A program made the translations under genes and the position numbers. 64,000 nt of DNA, taken from the NCBI GenBank assembly GCA_051294375.1, contig CM119269.1, positions 21,499,665 through 21,563,664 of the forward strand. Direction: 5' to 3'. Positions 40,501 to 53,279 of the stretch are shown here, piece by piece. Below the pieces are notes generated by a model, which was not told the origin of the DNA, did not search any database, and saw only the letters and a list, made by a program, of their open reading frames with translations. Positions within the stretch are counted from its first letter, which is position 1; each line of letters begins with the position of its first letter. Origin of the DNA: Paraspadella gotoi (taxonomy: Eukaryota > Animalia > Chaetognatha).

Positions 40501-42292
40501 GCATCTTGCTGCAATAAGCCAAAGCATTTCCGGGGGGGCGGGACCTAAAAAAAAAATACTTATAAACAAAGTTTTTTTTTTAAGGATTTTTTAATCCACA
40601 TAATGAAATAATTTTATCAACTTGTTGTGAAGAATTCGAATCTGCTTTCAAAAATAGAAAAAAAAAACCTTTTAAAATTGTAACAATTTCTATGTATAAA
40701 TATGGGCGTATGCGAAAATTGAAAAATATTTTTTTTTTATTTAAAAATGTTCCCAGGTACTAGCCTGTTCATGATCAATATTCGAATTTTGATTCAACTC
40801 GATTTTAATATTTTTGCTCCGCCTTAATGTACACGCATGTCTTAATGTCTCTTAATGTCTCCGCCCTATCCCTCAAATTCAAACCCTTCGACTTTTGTTT
40901 TGTAAATTTTAAATAAAGTTGTCTTTATTATTCCGCAGCTAAATTTTTACGAATCTAATCTAGACTTTTGTTTCCATCCTTATTCCTTCAATCGAAACAA
41001 TTCACATAGTATTGGTATTTGGCACCATTGGCACATAACGCCGTCTTTATCGTCGTCATCATTGTCGCTGCTATTGTTAATATTAAGAGAAAGCCATCAT
41101 TGCCGTCATTGCCATCATTGCCATCATTGCCGTCATTATAATCCTTGTCATCATTATCATTGGCATTTCTTCCAGGACGCTAATGTCGACATTTCTTATC
41201 ATCGTAATCTTTATCATTACGAATCATAGTCATCAATTACCTATTATCATCTATCACATAGACGTCTTTTTGCTGCATCAGTTGTCTTTTGTATCATAAT
41301 GCTCGTCGTCTCTCCATTGTCATCACTATTTCGCAATCATCAATCTCCCGTATGTTACTCGGTCGCCAGGTCGGCCCACCGTGGGTCTTTTCTGTCTTGT
41401 CATCGTCGTCGTCATCGGTTCGTCTCGCATCGTGCAAGTCGTCATCATTGCGTCGCTCCCCCATTCCACGTCGATGCCAAAGAACATCAATGCCCGACTT
41501 TTTCCTTGGACGGTCATTTGGAAATGGAAATTGACCGGAGGTCTGGTAATGATAAAAAATTAGCGATGGTGGGATTGGAGTAAGAATGGCGCGGATGGTG
41601 GCTGGGGTGGGGGAGAGAGAGAGGAAGGGAGAGTCGTGGAGAGAACGAGAGAGGGAAGTGGAGTGAGGGAAGGGAGAGAGGGGGGAGAGAGAGAGAGGGG
41701 AGAGAGAGGGGGAGGGGGAGAGAGAGTGGAGGAAGGGAGAGAGAGGGGAGAGAGCGGCGGGGAGGAGAGAGAGAAGGGGAGGGAGAGAGAGAGAGGAAGG
41801 GAGGGAGAGAGGGGGGGGAGATAAGGCGGGAGAGAGAGGGGCGAGGGGGAGAGAGAATGGGAGGGAAAGGGGAGAGAGGGGGAGAGAGGGTAGCAGGGCG
41901 AGCGGAAGGAGGGAAATATATACGAGAAAAAGGAACTGAGGGAAAAAACCTTTAAAAGAGTCTAGACTATCGTTTCTTTCTCTCTCTCTCTCTCTCTCCA
42001 TCTTCTCTGTCGCTACTCTCTGCTGTCTTCCTTTCTTTCTCTCCTTTTTGTCGTCTCTTACTCTCTTTCTTTCTCTCTCATCTCTCTCTCTCTCTGTCTT
42101 CATCTTTATTTTTCCTCTTTTTTTTCATTTTCTTTCTGTGTTTTTAATTATCTCTCCTTCTCCTTTATCGCTCTCTTCTCTCTCTCATCTCTCTCATCTC
42201 TTCTCTCTCTTCTCTCTCTCTCATCCTCTCTCCTCCTTCTCTCTGTCCACTCCCTTCTCTCTCGTTATCTCTTTCTCTCTTCATAGTGCTCC

Positions 42293-42324
<32 letters not shown>

Positions 42325-42325
42325 G

Positions 42326-42358
<33 letters not shown>

Positions 42359-42392
42359 TTCTCTCTCTCTCCTCACCTCCTCTCTCTCTATT

Positions 42393-42440
<48 letters not shown>

Positions 42441-43419
42441 TCTTCTCTCTCGTCTTCATGTTTCTTGAGTACCCCAAAAGCGAATTGGTGAAATTCCCTG
42501 GCCGTTGCAGGGGAGCAGAAGTAAGAGGAGAGAGTCGCGAAATAATTGAGGCGTCAATTCTGTGCGAGACGTAGACGGCAAGGTTCCATCAAGCGGAGGG
42601 GTTGCGGGGGGTGGAGATTCTGCGTGATGGGGTAAGGGGGAGAGACCACAACATCAAAATGCGTCCGATTTCCATCTCTAGACATCTTTCGTTTGCGGGC
42701 GCGGCGACGACGACGATGAAAGACGCGGACGACGAACATACGACTAGACGATGCAAGACGCGGAAAATGAAGCAACGAACAATTCGAATTACCATCCGGC
42801 GGGAAAAGCGAAATATCGCAAACAAAAAAACCGTTTGTGAAAAGCGATAAATTTATACAAAGGCTCAGTAAGTCGAATTTTTATTTTTATAGAAATAAGA
42901 TATATTATCAACGTAGCGCGGCGTCCATGTTTGTAAATCGTATTGAGATATTGAGACATTCATGAATTTTACTTTAAAATTCATNNNNNNNNNNNNNNNN
43001 NNNNNNNNNNNNNNNNNNNNNNNNNNNNNNNNNNNNNNNNNNNNNNNNNNNNNNNNNNNNNNNNNNNNNNNNNNNNNNNNNNNNNNNNNNNNNNNNNNNN
43101 NNNNNNNNNNNNNNNNNNNNNNNNNNNNNNNNNNNNNNNNNNNNNNNNNNNNNNNNNNNNNNNNNNNNNNNGATTTATGATGATTGCAACAAAGTTTTAG
43201 ACATTTTTGTATTTGATAACCTTATGGTCATCGTAGCATTTTGAATATTTGAAAGAAATAATTGATCAATAAACTGATAGGAAGTTAATAACCTAAATTG
43301 CTAGAGTGTCTCGATTAAAAAACTTGCAGGGTCTTACTACTTAATTATTAAGTTGTACTAGCCGATCCCAATTAAAAAGACAAGATCTCACTTGTTTAAT
43401 ATCTGTTGTATTCGTTGTG

Positions 43420-43534
<115 letters not shown>

Positions 43535-43979
43535 TGCGAAATCCACCTCATTCAATATTTCTATTCATTTTCTTATCAGCCCCTCTTTCCCGATATATTT
43601 TTTAATCCGCGATCTCACGGGATTTCGAATGCGCGGCTTAAGACGTTCGAGTCTTTGATGAGTTCGTCTGAGGGAAAGAAAAAAATATTTCTGAAAAGAT
43701 GGAAAAAAATCATGTTTGAATGCAAACGGTTTATTTGATTGCAAGGAGATGAAAATGTTTACTAATTTGAAGGAAAAAATGTGTTTACTGCGAAATTTAA
43801 TTCTGGACACCTGAAAAAATTGATCTTTTTCCTACGTGATCTATCTCAAAAAAGAGAGAGAGAGAGAGAGAGGGAGATCGAGGAGAGAGAGAGAGAGAGA
43901 GAGCAGAAGAGAGAGAAGAGAGAGAAGAAGGAGTAGAGAAGAGGAGAAGAAGGAGAGTTAAGAGAGATAAGATAGACGG

Positions 43980-46900
43980 AGGAAAAAACGAAAATCAATT
44001 TTTTCAGGTGTCCAGCATTAAATTAATTTCGGCAGTAAGTGAGCCAAAGCATTTTTTCAATCTCAAATTCAGTAAACCATTTTCATCGTCCTTTCGCAAT
44101 CAAATAAAACCGTTTTGCATTCAAACATGAGTTTTTTTTTTCCATCTTTCGTCAGAAGAAATATTTTTTCTTTCCCCATCGACGAACGACACTAGCATAT
44201 CAAAGACTCGGAAACGTCTTAACGCCGGCCAATATCGCTATGAAGATCCCCGTGAGATCGCGGCAGATTAAAAAATATACTCGGGAAAGAAGGGGGGGGC
44301 TGTAATAAGAAAATGAATAGAAATAATTCGAATGAGGTGGATTTCGCATTTAAAGAGAGAGAAGAGAGAGAGAAAGGAGAGAGGAGAGAGAGGATAGAGA
44401 GAGGAGAAGAGAGAAGACGAGCAGAAGGAGAGAGACGAAAGAGAGAGAGAGATATTGATATTGATATTGGAGAAATAGGGAGTAGAGTTCAGGGTACAGT
44501 TTTTCAAAACTACACCGGCCATCAAAAAGCTAACTATTTTATCAAAAATAGGAATTGTGAACCCGCACTCGGTTCCTGGTGTTACGTTAAAAAACAATTA
44601 ATTAGAGAGAGAGCAGAGAGAGAGAGAGAGAGACGAGAGGAGAGAGTAGAGAGAGGAGAGAATGAGAGATAGAGAGAGAGAGAGAGACAAGAGGGAAGGA
44701 GGAGGCACAACGAATACAATTACAAAACATGGAACGCCGCGCTATAAATATACATATTCGCCGTTAGGTTTTGGTCGAGCCTGTATTATAATAATAGTTA
44801 TCGCTTTACACAAATGATTTTTGTTTGTTTGGGCGAGATAATTTCTTCTTTTCCCCATTTAATTTCGAATTTTTGTTTTCCATATCCTCGCTTGAATTAC
44901 CGAATTCGTCTGTTCGTGATTTCGTTAGTCGTTGTCGTCTGTCTATGGTCGTGGCGGTTACGTCGGTGGCGTCTAGGTGCGTCGCTGGACGGGCCGATTC
45001 GAGCTCTTAGAGTCGGCGGCCAAGGCCGCAATACGCCGATTGTCTAGAGATGGATAATCGTGCGGCCATTTTGAATGGGTGGTGGTCCTCGTCCCGCCAT
45101 CTTATACGCCCTCCACATACCCATGCGTGGCTGCCCACGCCCGCGCAACCCCCAGCCGGCTGGATGGAACCGTCCGTCCTACTGCTCCACAGTAGGAATT
45201 GACCCCTCGAGAATTGCGGTATGACTTCTCCTTTACTTCGCCTCCCCACAATCGCCAGGGAATTTCATTTCGCCTTTTGGGGGTATCAGGAAAACATGAG
45301 AGAGAGAGAAGAGAGAGAGAAGAGAGAGAAGAGAGGTAGAAGACTGAGAGGAGAGAGAGGAGAGAGAGAGAAGAGAGAGAGAAGAAAAGAGAAGAGAGAG
45401 AGAGAGCGATAAGGAGAAAGGAGAGATAATTAAAAAGACAGAAAGAAATATAAAAAAAAGAAAATAAAGATTAAAGACAGAGAGGAGAGAGAGAGAGGAG
45501 AAAGAGAGAGAGAAAGAAAGAGAGTAAAAGAAGAACGACAAAAAGAGAAAGAAAGAGAAAGAGAGAGAGAGAGCGACAGAGAGAGAGAGAGAAAGAAAGA
45601 AATATCTAAGACTCTTTGGGTTTTTCCTCAGTTCCTTTTTCTCGCGTTATATTTCCTCCTCTCCCCTCCTCCCCCTCTCTCTCTCCCTCTCTCTCCCCTT
45701 CCCTCCATTCTCTCTCCCCTCCCCTCTCTCCCCCCTTCTCCTCCCCCCTCTCTCCCTCCCTCCCTCTCTCTCTCTCCCTCCCCTTCTCTCTCTCCCCCAC
45801 CACCCCATCTCTTTCTCCAACCACCATCCTATATTTTTTCTTCCGGTCAATTTCCTTCAAAAGCGTCCAGTAAGAAAATGGCATTTTGTTCTTGGCATCG
45901 ACGTGGAAATGGCAGGGCGACGAAGACGACGACGAAGACGACGACGATGACGACGACGATGACGGACGACGATGACGACAAAAGACCCACGGTGGGCGAC
46001 CTGGCGACATAACTACGACATATGATGAGCTGAGAATAGTGATGACAATGGAGACAAATGACGACGTAGATTATGGATTACCAAAAAGAACTATGCAGCA
46101 AAGATGTCTATTTGATAATGATATAGTAATATACTATGATAGGTAATGATTTAAAAATTTAGCTTGCGGAATAATAAAGACATCTTTATTTAAAATTTAC
46201 AAAACAAAAGTCGAAGGGTTTGAATTTGAGGGATAGGGCGGAGACATTAAGAGACATTACAGACATACTGTACATTAAGGCGGAGCAAAAATATTAAAAG
46301 CGAGTTGAATCAAAATTCGAATATTGATCATGAACAGCTATGCTACCTGTGAACATTTTTAAATAAAAAAATTATTTTTCCAATTTTCGCATACGCCTAT
46401 ATTATATACATAGAAAATGTTACAATTTTAAAAGGCTTTTTTTTCTATATTTGAAAGCAGATTTCTAATCTTACAAGAAGTTGATAAAATTATTTCATAT
46501 GTGGAATTAAAATCTAAAAAACTGTTATATAGTAATTTTTATATATCAATGTTCTTTAGTACAAGACTGTTCATGAACAACTATTCTGTATTTTCATCTG
46601 CAACTTTCACTTTCGCCACTTAGGTCATAGTATAATATATAAGATTCTCTTCATAACTTAAAACTTTTTGCTTCGCTTTTTAGCCGAGCGGGTTAGGATA
46701 CAAAATATCAAAATTCGGCTTCTTTTTTTAAAAAAACCTTTCAAACCTTATATGGGCGTACGTCGTCGTTCGTCTGTCCGTTTGTCGTCGTCGTCGTCGC
46801 GACACAAAAAAACGACGACGACGACCGACGTAAACAACAACAACGGACAAAAGGTTGGGGCGCGCGACGGTTCTCTCTTTCGTACGCGCGGATAGGAATT

Positions 46901-47860
46901 AGTCATTCACCCAACGTCGCCACGCCCTCTCAGAGACTCGACGGGGTCACTCGGGGTCAGTAAAGGTCAGGAAATTCGAAAGTTTCGGTGAAGGTCACGA
47001 AAGTCGTCGAGTCGAAAAAGGGAAAAAAAATTGAAAAAAAAAAAGGGAAAAAGAAAAAAAAAAAAGGGAAAAGGAAAAAAAAGGAAAAAAGAAAAAAAAA
47101 ATTGGAAAAAGAAAAAAAAGGGAAAAGAAAAAAAGGGGGAAAAAGAAAAAAAAATTGAAAAAGAAAAAAAATTGAAAAGAAAAAAAAAAAAATGGGAAAA
47201 AGAAAAAAAAGGGAAAAAAATTAAAGTCTGAATAGAGAATTTCTTTTCTTTTTTTTTTTAAGAAAAAAAAATAGCGAGGAAAGGAAATTTAATTTAATTT
47301 TGCGCATATTGTTTTTTTTTAAACTTATACGAAAATAGTAAATTATTATTAACACGTGACTTAAGGGCTATGAGCGAAGCTAGAGTTAAATCCCAGCTTT
47401 ACTTACAAAACCTGAAACGGTGCAGGGGACAATTATTCTAAAGTTCAGGGGACAATATGTCTAAATTCACATGAAAGCCATTTTGGGATTGGCAAAATGC
47501 GACCGTTTGAAGGCCCTCATTTTTGTAGCAAAAACCCACTTAACATTAAAAAATAATTGCAAAAAAAACTTTATTAATCTTAAATTGATTCAAGACTAAA
47601 AACTTAGTTCCAACTCACTAATTGAAAACAAAATTAATATTAATTATGGTATAAAAAAATATTTCTGAATTAAGATTAAAAAAAGCACTAATGCTTCAGA
47701 TTGCATGATGAATCATCATGCATCTGAAGCATTTAGTGCTTTTGATGATTGTAACGATGGACGCCCAGTCCGATTTCTGTCCACGGACTCCGAGTTTCTT
47801 TGGCGAAAGTAGACGTGACTGATTAAACAAGTCGGGGCCGAGAGGCTCAGGGTCAAAATA
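43980..47860 (-). repeat. noisy inverted duplicate of 43850->40550, 36140->35100 and ~32920->32880
   Basis: Examples: CTGGACACCTGAAAAAATTGAT (43803) versus ATCAATTTTTTCAGGTGTCCAG (43994); 46150-46330 mirrors 40780-40950; 46850-47000 mirrors 35720-35880. Confidence 0.9.
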
Positions 47861-48092
47861 TTTAAACCTTAAGTTGCTAGTTCATGTTCAAATAGCGATG
47901 TCGCCGGCGATTCTACGCCACGAGTTGCAGGTGTGGTTCTAGTTTGGTTGGCGACTCGCCATGGCGATATCGCCAGGGCTTTGGCGATGTCGCCAGTCCC
48001 CCCACTGGCGACACCTCAGCCAGTGATTAAAAAGTAGCGCAATATATCGAAAAGCGCCAGCTAACATGGCGGATGAGCATCACCTTTCAGGC

Positions 48093-48500
48093 TCCTCTCC
48101 CAACCCTAACCCTAAACCAAACCTCCCGTTCAACCTCTGTGCCTCTCCCCTAACCCTTAACCCGGGCCTGGGCCACGCCTCCCGTACATCTACCATGCCT
48201 TCAACGCCTAACCCTGATACCCCGGGGGCCTTTGTTGATGCATCAACCACGGGCCCTCCCCCAACCCTAACCCTTAAACCAAGCCTCCGTTCAACTCTGT
48301 TGCCTCTTCCTCCTGAACCCTAACCCAGGCTCAGCCTCCCGTACATCTCCGTGCCTCAACCCTAACCCTAACCGCCTCCGATGCTTATTCATACCACCGG
48401 GCCCCTCCTCCCCAACCCTAACCCTTAAACTAATGCCTCCCGTTCAACTTCCATGCTCTCCCCTAATCCCTCAACCCTAGGGCCGCAGATCTCTCCACCA
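48093..48500. repeat. ~155-160-bp tandem repeat (about 2.5 copies) with embedded CCCTAA telomeric motifs
   Basis: CCCAACCCTAACCCT(T)AAAC...CCTCC(C)GTTCAAC recurs at ~48098, ~48259 and ~48411. Confidence 0.75.
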
Positions 48501-48902
48501 CTCACCGTCCCATCACACTCCTCCTAACCTCGCTCCTCCGTTCATATTCCCATCTNNNNNNNNNNNNNNNNNNNNNNNNNAATTTTTTTTCCTCTTTCTT
48601 TGTGAAAAATGTTAATATTTTTAAAAGAAAAGTAGATTTTTTTTAAAAGAATGCAAAAAATCTCTATCAACAAAAGATACACCTAGGAAAAAAAAAGAAA
48701 TGCTAACCGGGAGTAAAAAATGGGGAAGAAAAGAAGAAAAGGAATAAAAGAAAAAAGAAAATTTAAGAAAAGAAAAGAGAAGTAGAAAGAATAATGAATG
48801 AAAAGAGAGGAAAGAAAAAAGAAATATAAGGGAAGAAAAGGAGAGAGAGAGGAAAAATAGGTCGAGTGAGAAAAGGAGAAGGAAAAAGAAGAAGGAAAGG
48901 AA

Positions 48903-48985
<83 letters not shown>

Positions 48986-49533
48986 CATTAAAGCCGCTGC
49001 GCGGAAAATTGCGTTGCGAATAGAATGAATGGCGCTCGAGTTTTTATAAAAAATGGATCTAACACTCGGTAAACAAAAAACAATCCGAGTTTCTAAGAGA
49101 ATAATTTTTCAAATTTGTTAATTTTTATGCCCGGAAAAAAATATTTGGTTAAATCTCAAGTTTGGAAAATAACACAAAATATCATATTACCGAGCGTATT
49201 TTTTAATTGCTTAAAGATAGAAAAATATTTGATGCTAACGTTTCTGTAATATATATATTTCTTTTCTCAAAATTTATATCCGCTAAAGTCTAAACTTAAA
49301 TAAACTTATTTTCGAGATAATTTTTTTTTACTTTAAAAAGAATTTAACATTTTTCCCCGATTCTCCAATTTTTTCGGAAGCAGCGTATGTTAGCCAGCTG
49401 TTAATAAAGCCAATTATATTTCTTTTTTTAAATCAGCTGATATTATCATATAAATAGATCTTTTTTTTTTGAGAAAAAAAATATTTACCATAGTCGGTGA
49501 GGGTTGAAAAAAATGTTTTAATACAGACAAGGA

Positions 49534-49850
49534 GGCTCTCTTTTCCAAAAGCACCCCATGTTGGTTCCTTAATCAATGAACTTTGATCTTAGTATTCAAA
49601 CCTAATGTATTACCAAACCCGCAATCTAATTCTCTAATCTTTAACTTTAATTCCCTAACCTAATCTTTAAACCTGACCTTAAAACTTAATCCTTAATCCC
49701 TAACCCTTAATCCTAGTCTGAGTCCATAACTTTAATAACTAATTTAATCTTTAACAAAATCTCTAACTTCAATCTTTAACTTAATCTTAAAAACTAGAAA
49801 CTAACTTTAATTCCGAATTTTTATTGAAATTGGTCTTAGAAAAAAAAACC
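49534..49850 (-). mobile_element. telomere-like-repeat TIR element, copy 4
   Basis: GGCTCTCTTTTCCAAAAGCACCCCATG..GTTCCTTAATC, an internal CCCTAA/CCTTAA array, then TAATTCCGAATT near the other end. Confidence 0.65.
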
Positions 49851-52466
49851 GACGAGGAATCAATAGGGTTTTTTTCCCCCACACACTCCGACCACACCAT
49901 CAATTAAAACCACCCGACCACCTAAAACCACCTCATTTTGACGACGACCACCGCCCAAGTCGTAACCTTGCCACCTTCATGCTCTGTTGTTATTCGATTG
50001 TTATGGTCACAAGACGTCAGTCGTCGTCGTCGTCGCTGTCGTCGTCGTCGTCGCCGTCGTCGTCGTCCGGTCAGGAATCCTTCAACGTCGATGAATTATT
50101 CAAAGACCCAAGTTTTTTTCTTCCCTGTAAAACCGCAGAGTTTTTGACGCCGTCGTCGTCGTCGTCGTCTTCACGACCTTGTCGTTGCTGTTTCCCAACC
50201 GTATTGTGAGTTGTGCTTAAACAAACCTCACGGTTTTTTTATCTTTAAAAGGGTTGACACGTTTGTCCTTGAGGTGGCCACTGGCCAACGGATGGCGTTG
50301 TCTTTCTTATTTTTACCGGATTGTGTTTTTACCTTCATAGTTAACATATATGTAGAATGTTTTTCCTCAAGCCGTGATTGGATGCACTTTCCGTCCTGCG
50401 ATCTGATGGAGTTCTCCTTTCGATAATCTCCTTGTCATCATCGGTGAACATTGTCACCATTATCACAAAAGGACAAGATCGTCTTAGTCATCGCAATTTG
50501 ATGGCATCATCCTTATCATCACGGTGGAATGACACTGTCCCTATCGCAATTAAATGTTGAATGACCCATTAGCCTTTGTCTAACGCGTTGTCATTGTCAT
50601 TGTTATTGTTGCACTGACTTGGTTCGTTATGTCGCCGACTTTGTCGTTGAAAGGGATTGTTCTTGTCATTCAGATGGTCTTTTATTTCTGACATCCTCCA
50701 ATTATGACAGATCGACTAAAATGAAAATCGCTCCTCTGAGCTCCATTTTCGTAGGAGCGGTGAAGAGAGAGGGGGGCGTGAGGAGGGGGGGGCGAGAGGA
50801 AGTCTCTCTCCTTCTTATCTCGACTTGAGATCGTATTGATCTCAGCAGACGACGTTTTCAACTCACAGGGGAGAATCCGATTTCGACGAAATAATATTTG
50901 AGTTCTAATCGCTTTTGAGCGAACAAAGATTATTATCTTTAAAGTTGATTTTTTTTTTAAATGTCGGTATTTAAAGTAGTTGAGCATTAAATTTAAAGGA
51001 AGTGCCCTTGGTTTGAATTGTTAAAGATTTCTCACCATTTGAAGCAGCAGACAAATCTAAACTTGTTTATCGATTTGTTTACCGATTGAACAAAAAAAAT
51101 TTTGGATTCACCTGACTTTCCTATTAAAACAATAAACCAATTATGAGATCAGCTAGTTAAAAATAAAATTTTCAGTCATTTCTAAAAAAATATCCCAATG
51201 CATCCTTTACATAGTCTGCCAAACAATGTTTAATTAACCACGGCAAAACCCAAAAATAGGCCATACTTCGAAACAGAACACAAATGACCAATGACGCTTT
51301 GTATAATTTACTTTTATATGCAAATGATATTTATGAACTCGATCTCATTTGGCAATTTACGAAGATACCATCTCTTACATTAATTCATACTCGTGTATCA
51401 GCCGTCTTTGCGCGGTCTTTGACTATAGGGAGACTCTTTTTCCCACTGACGTCCGTCGAGATTCGAAGGAAAAAAAACCAAGAGAGATGGCACCGAGAGA
51501 GATGGATGGCACCGAGAGAGATAGATGGATGGGTGGATGGATGGATGGATGGATGGATGGTGGCACGAAGCATAAAAGGAGACATGGTTATTCAAATTGC
51601 AATTTATATTCATGAAAAGATAGACAAAATGATTTTTTGGACATAGATGTAAATACGAATTAAGAAAGTTTAATTTGAAAAATGTTGATTTTCTTATGAA
51701 AAAGTATAACATGTATCTACCCCCATTTGAAAAAATTAAATGAAAGATTTATTAGGGATATCTTATGCAAAGTTGTAACATATTGATCTACGGTGGGTTG
51801 TACTAGTGACTTGTAATTAATTTAGCCATGTATATGGAATATTGACAAAAATTAAATAAATGAACAAATATAAACCGCACTTGTTTTAACCACCCAGAAT
51901 TGCTTTATATCAAGAAAACGACAGAAATTTTAAATCATTTTTTTTTTTCCTTTTAGGATTTGATCTCCAGGAAGCGACCTCGTTTTCAATTTCCCAACTG
52001 CGTCACCTTTTATCTTCTGTCCATCTGCATCTTCATCTTGTATGAGTGAACAAAGTCAACCTCAATCATCAATTTCAATCATTCAATCAATTTCCATCTG
52101 CAATGAATAGCAAAACTTTCGCCAATCAGTTCAAATAAATTCTAGTCAATCGAACAGATCCATCACTCACAACATAAATCAACGTATCAATTATTTTGTA
52201 AGATATACTCTGTTATATTATAATGAGTGATTACCGAAGAATTATGGATTCATTTCTTATCAAACGCTTTCATTCCATTAGCTCCATTTGGTTGACCTTG
52301 CTCACATTTTACGGACAAGAAGAAACTTGAGCCTCACACTGACCCTTAAACTTTCACATTCCAATTTGACTTATTTGAAGAGACTTTATTAAAAGATCGC
52401 ACAGCTGAAGAGAAAGCCAAGGCCAACTTAATTTGAATCAATCAATCAATCAATCCGAGGAAGAAA

Positions 52467-52538
52467 ATGAATCGAAGCGTGACTCCCGACTGTTTCGCCG
52501 AAATTGAGAACGCTTTCTCGTCCGGGAAAAACGTCAAG
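52467..52538 (+). CDS. putative first coding exon of the SLC22-like gene (MNRSVTPDCFAEIENAFSSGKNVK)
   Basis: AAAATG start and a perfect AAG|GTGAGT donor (phase 0). It needs an intervening phase 0->1 exon to reach 56618. Confidence 0.4.
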
Positions 52539-52548
52539 GTGAGTTTAA

Positions 52549-52893
52549 GGCCTTATTTTCCCTCAACTCCCAATTTCATCTTTAATTCGGAATTTTTAAA
52601 TCAGTTTTTAGGGTTAAAGATTAAAGTTAAGGATTAAGTTTGGGATTAGGGGTTACAAATTAAGTTATTGATTCGGGTTGAGGACTAAGGTTTAGGATTA
52701 GGGTTTATGGTTAAAGATTAAGGATTAGGGTTAATTATTAATGATTAGGGTTAATGATAAAGGATCAGAGTTTAAGGTCGGGAATAAGAGTTAAAGATTT
52801 GATTAAAAATTTATAAAATATGGTTAAATATTACAATTATAACAAAGTTTAGGACTAAGGAACAGAAATTGAACGTTTTTGAAAAAGAGAGCC
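52549..52893 (+). mobile_element. telomere-like-repeat TIR element, copy 5 (intronic)
   Basis: GGCCTTATTTTCC...TTTCATCTTTAATTCGGAATT, a TTAGGG/TTAAGG array, then TAAGGAACAGAAATT...GAAAAAGAGAGCC. Confidence 0.7.
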
Positions 52894-53248
52894 GAGTTTA
52901 TTTAAAGTCACGTGACTTACCATAAGTTACGATAAGTTATTATTGAAAAGAGTTCGTTATTTAATATTACTTGTTTGTCTCATCGTTTCCCATCGATTGT
53001 CATTCATGGGTAAGATTCATGTCCATCCAATTCGTTTGAACTCCATACAAACATACAAAAAAATGTATTTGTTCCTCGCTCCCGCTTAATATTTTGTTTT
53101 ATAAAAAATATATTTTTGTTTAGAATATTTTTACATTAGTCCGCACTGGAGTGTTCCCACAATCATTAAATAGAATAGAAATCATTCATTTATCCCCGAG
53201 TGTGATTTTTATTTTAAAAACTAATTTTATTTGAATTTTATTTTACAG

Positions 53249-53279
53249 ATTTTTGAATTGAATAAACCAAGCAAAGATT
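53249..53279 (+). CDS. candidate small linker exon (IFELNKPSKD)
   Basis: Strong TTTTATTTTACAG acceptor, and phase 0->1 links 52538 to 56618. The donor T|GTTAGG is weak. Confidence 0.2.

Larger units (their letters stand above)
36140..40546 (+). mobile_element. composite HINE copy with nested repeats, ~4.4 kb
   Basis: Begins AACAAGTTTGAGCCAAACAATGTCGGATCTGCCTACG. The 19-bp array is at ~37690, core units at 39330-40230, (GACG)n at 40245-40370 and CCCGACAATATTGAGGGGGCGGACC at 40430. The whole interval is absent from the mirrored copy at ~46540. Confidence 0.6.

Noticed and set aside
41294-42103. 269-aa ORF
   Set aside because: It derives from G/A-rich and (GTC)n simple repeats and is not preserved in the mirrored copy.
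49938-50640. Several short ORFs in a GC-richer stretch
   Set aside because: This is (GTC)n-rich degenerate repeat with stops, loosely similar to intronic 59870-60280.
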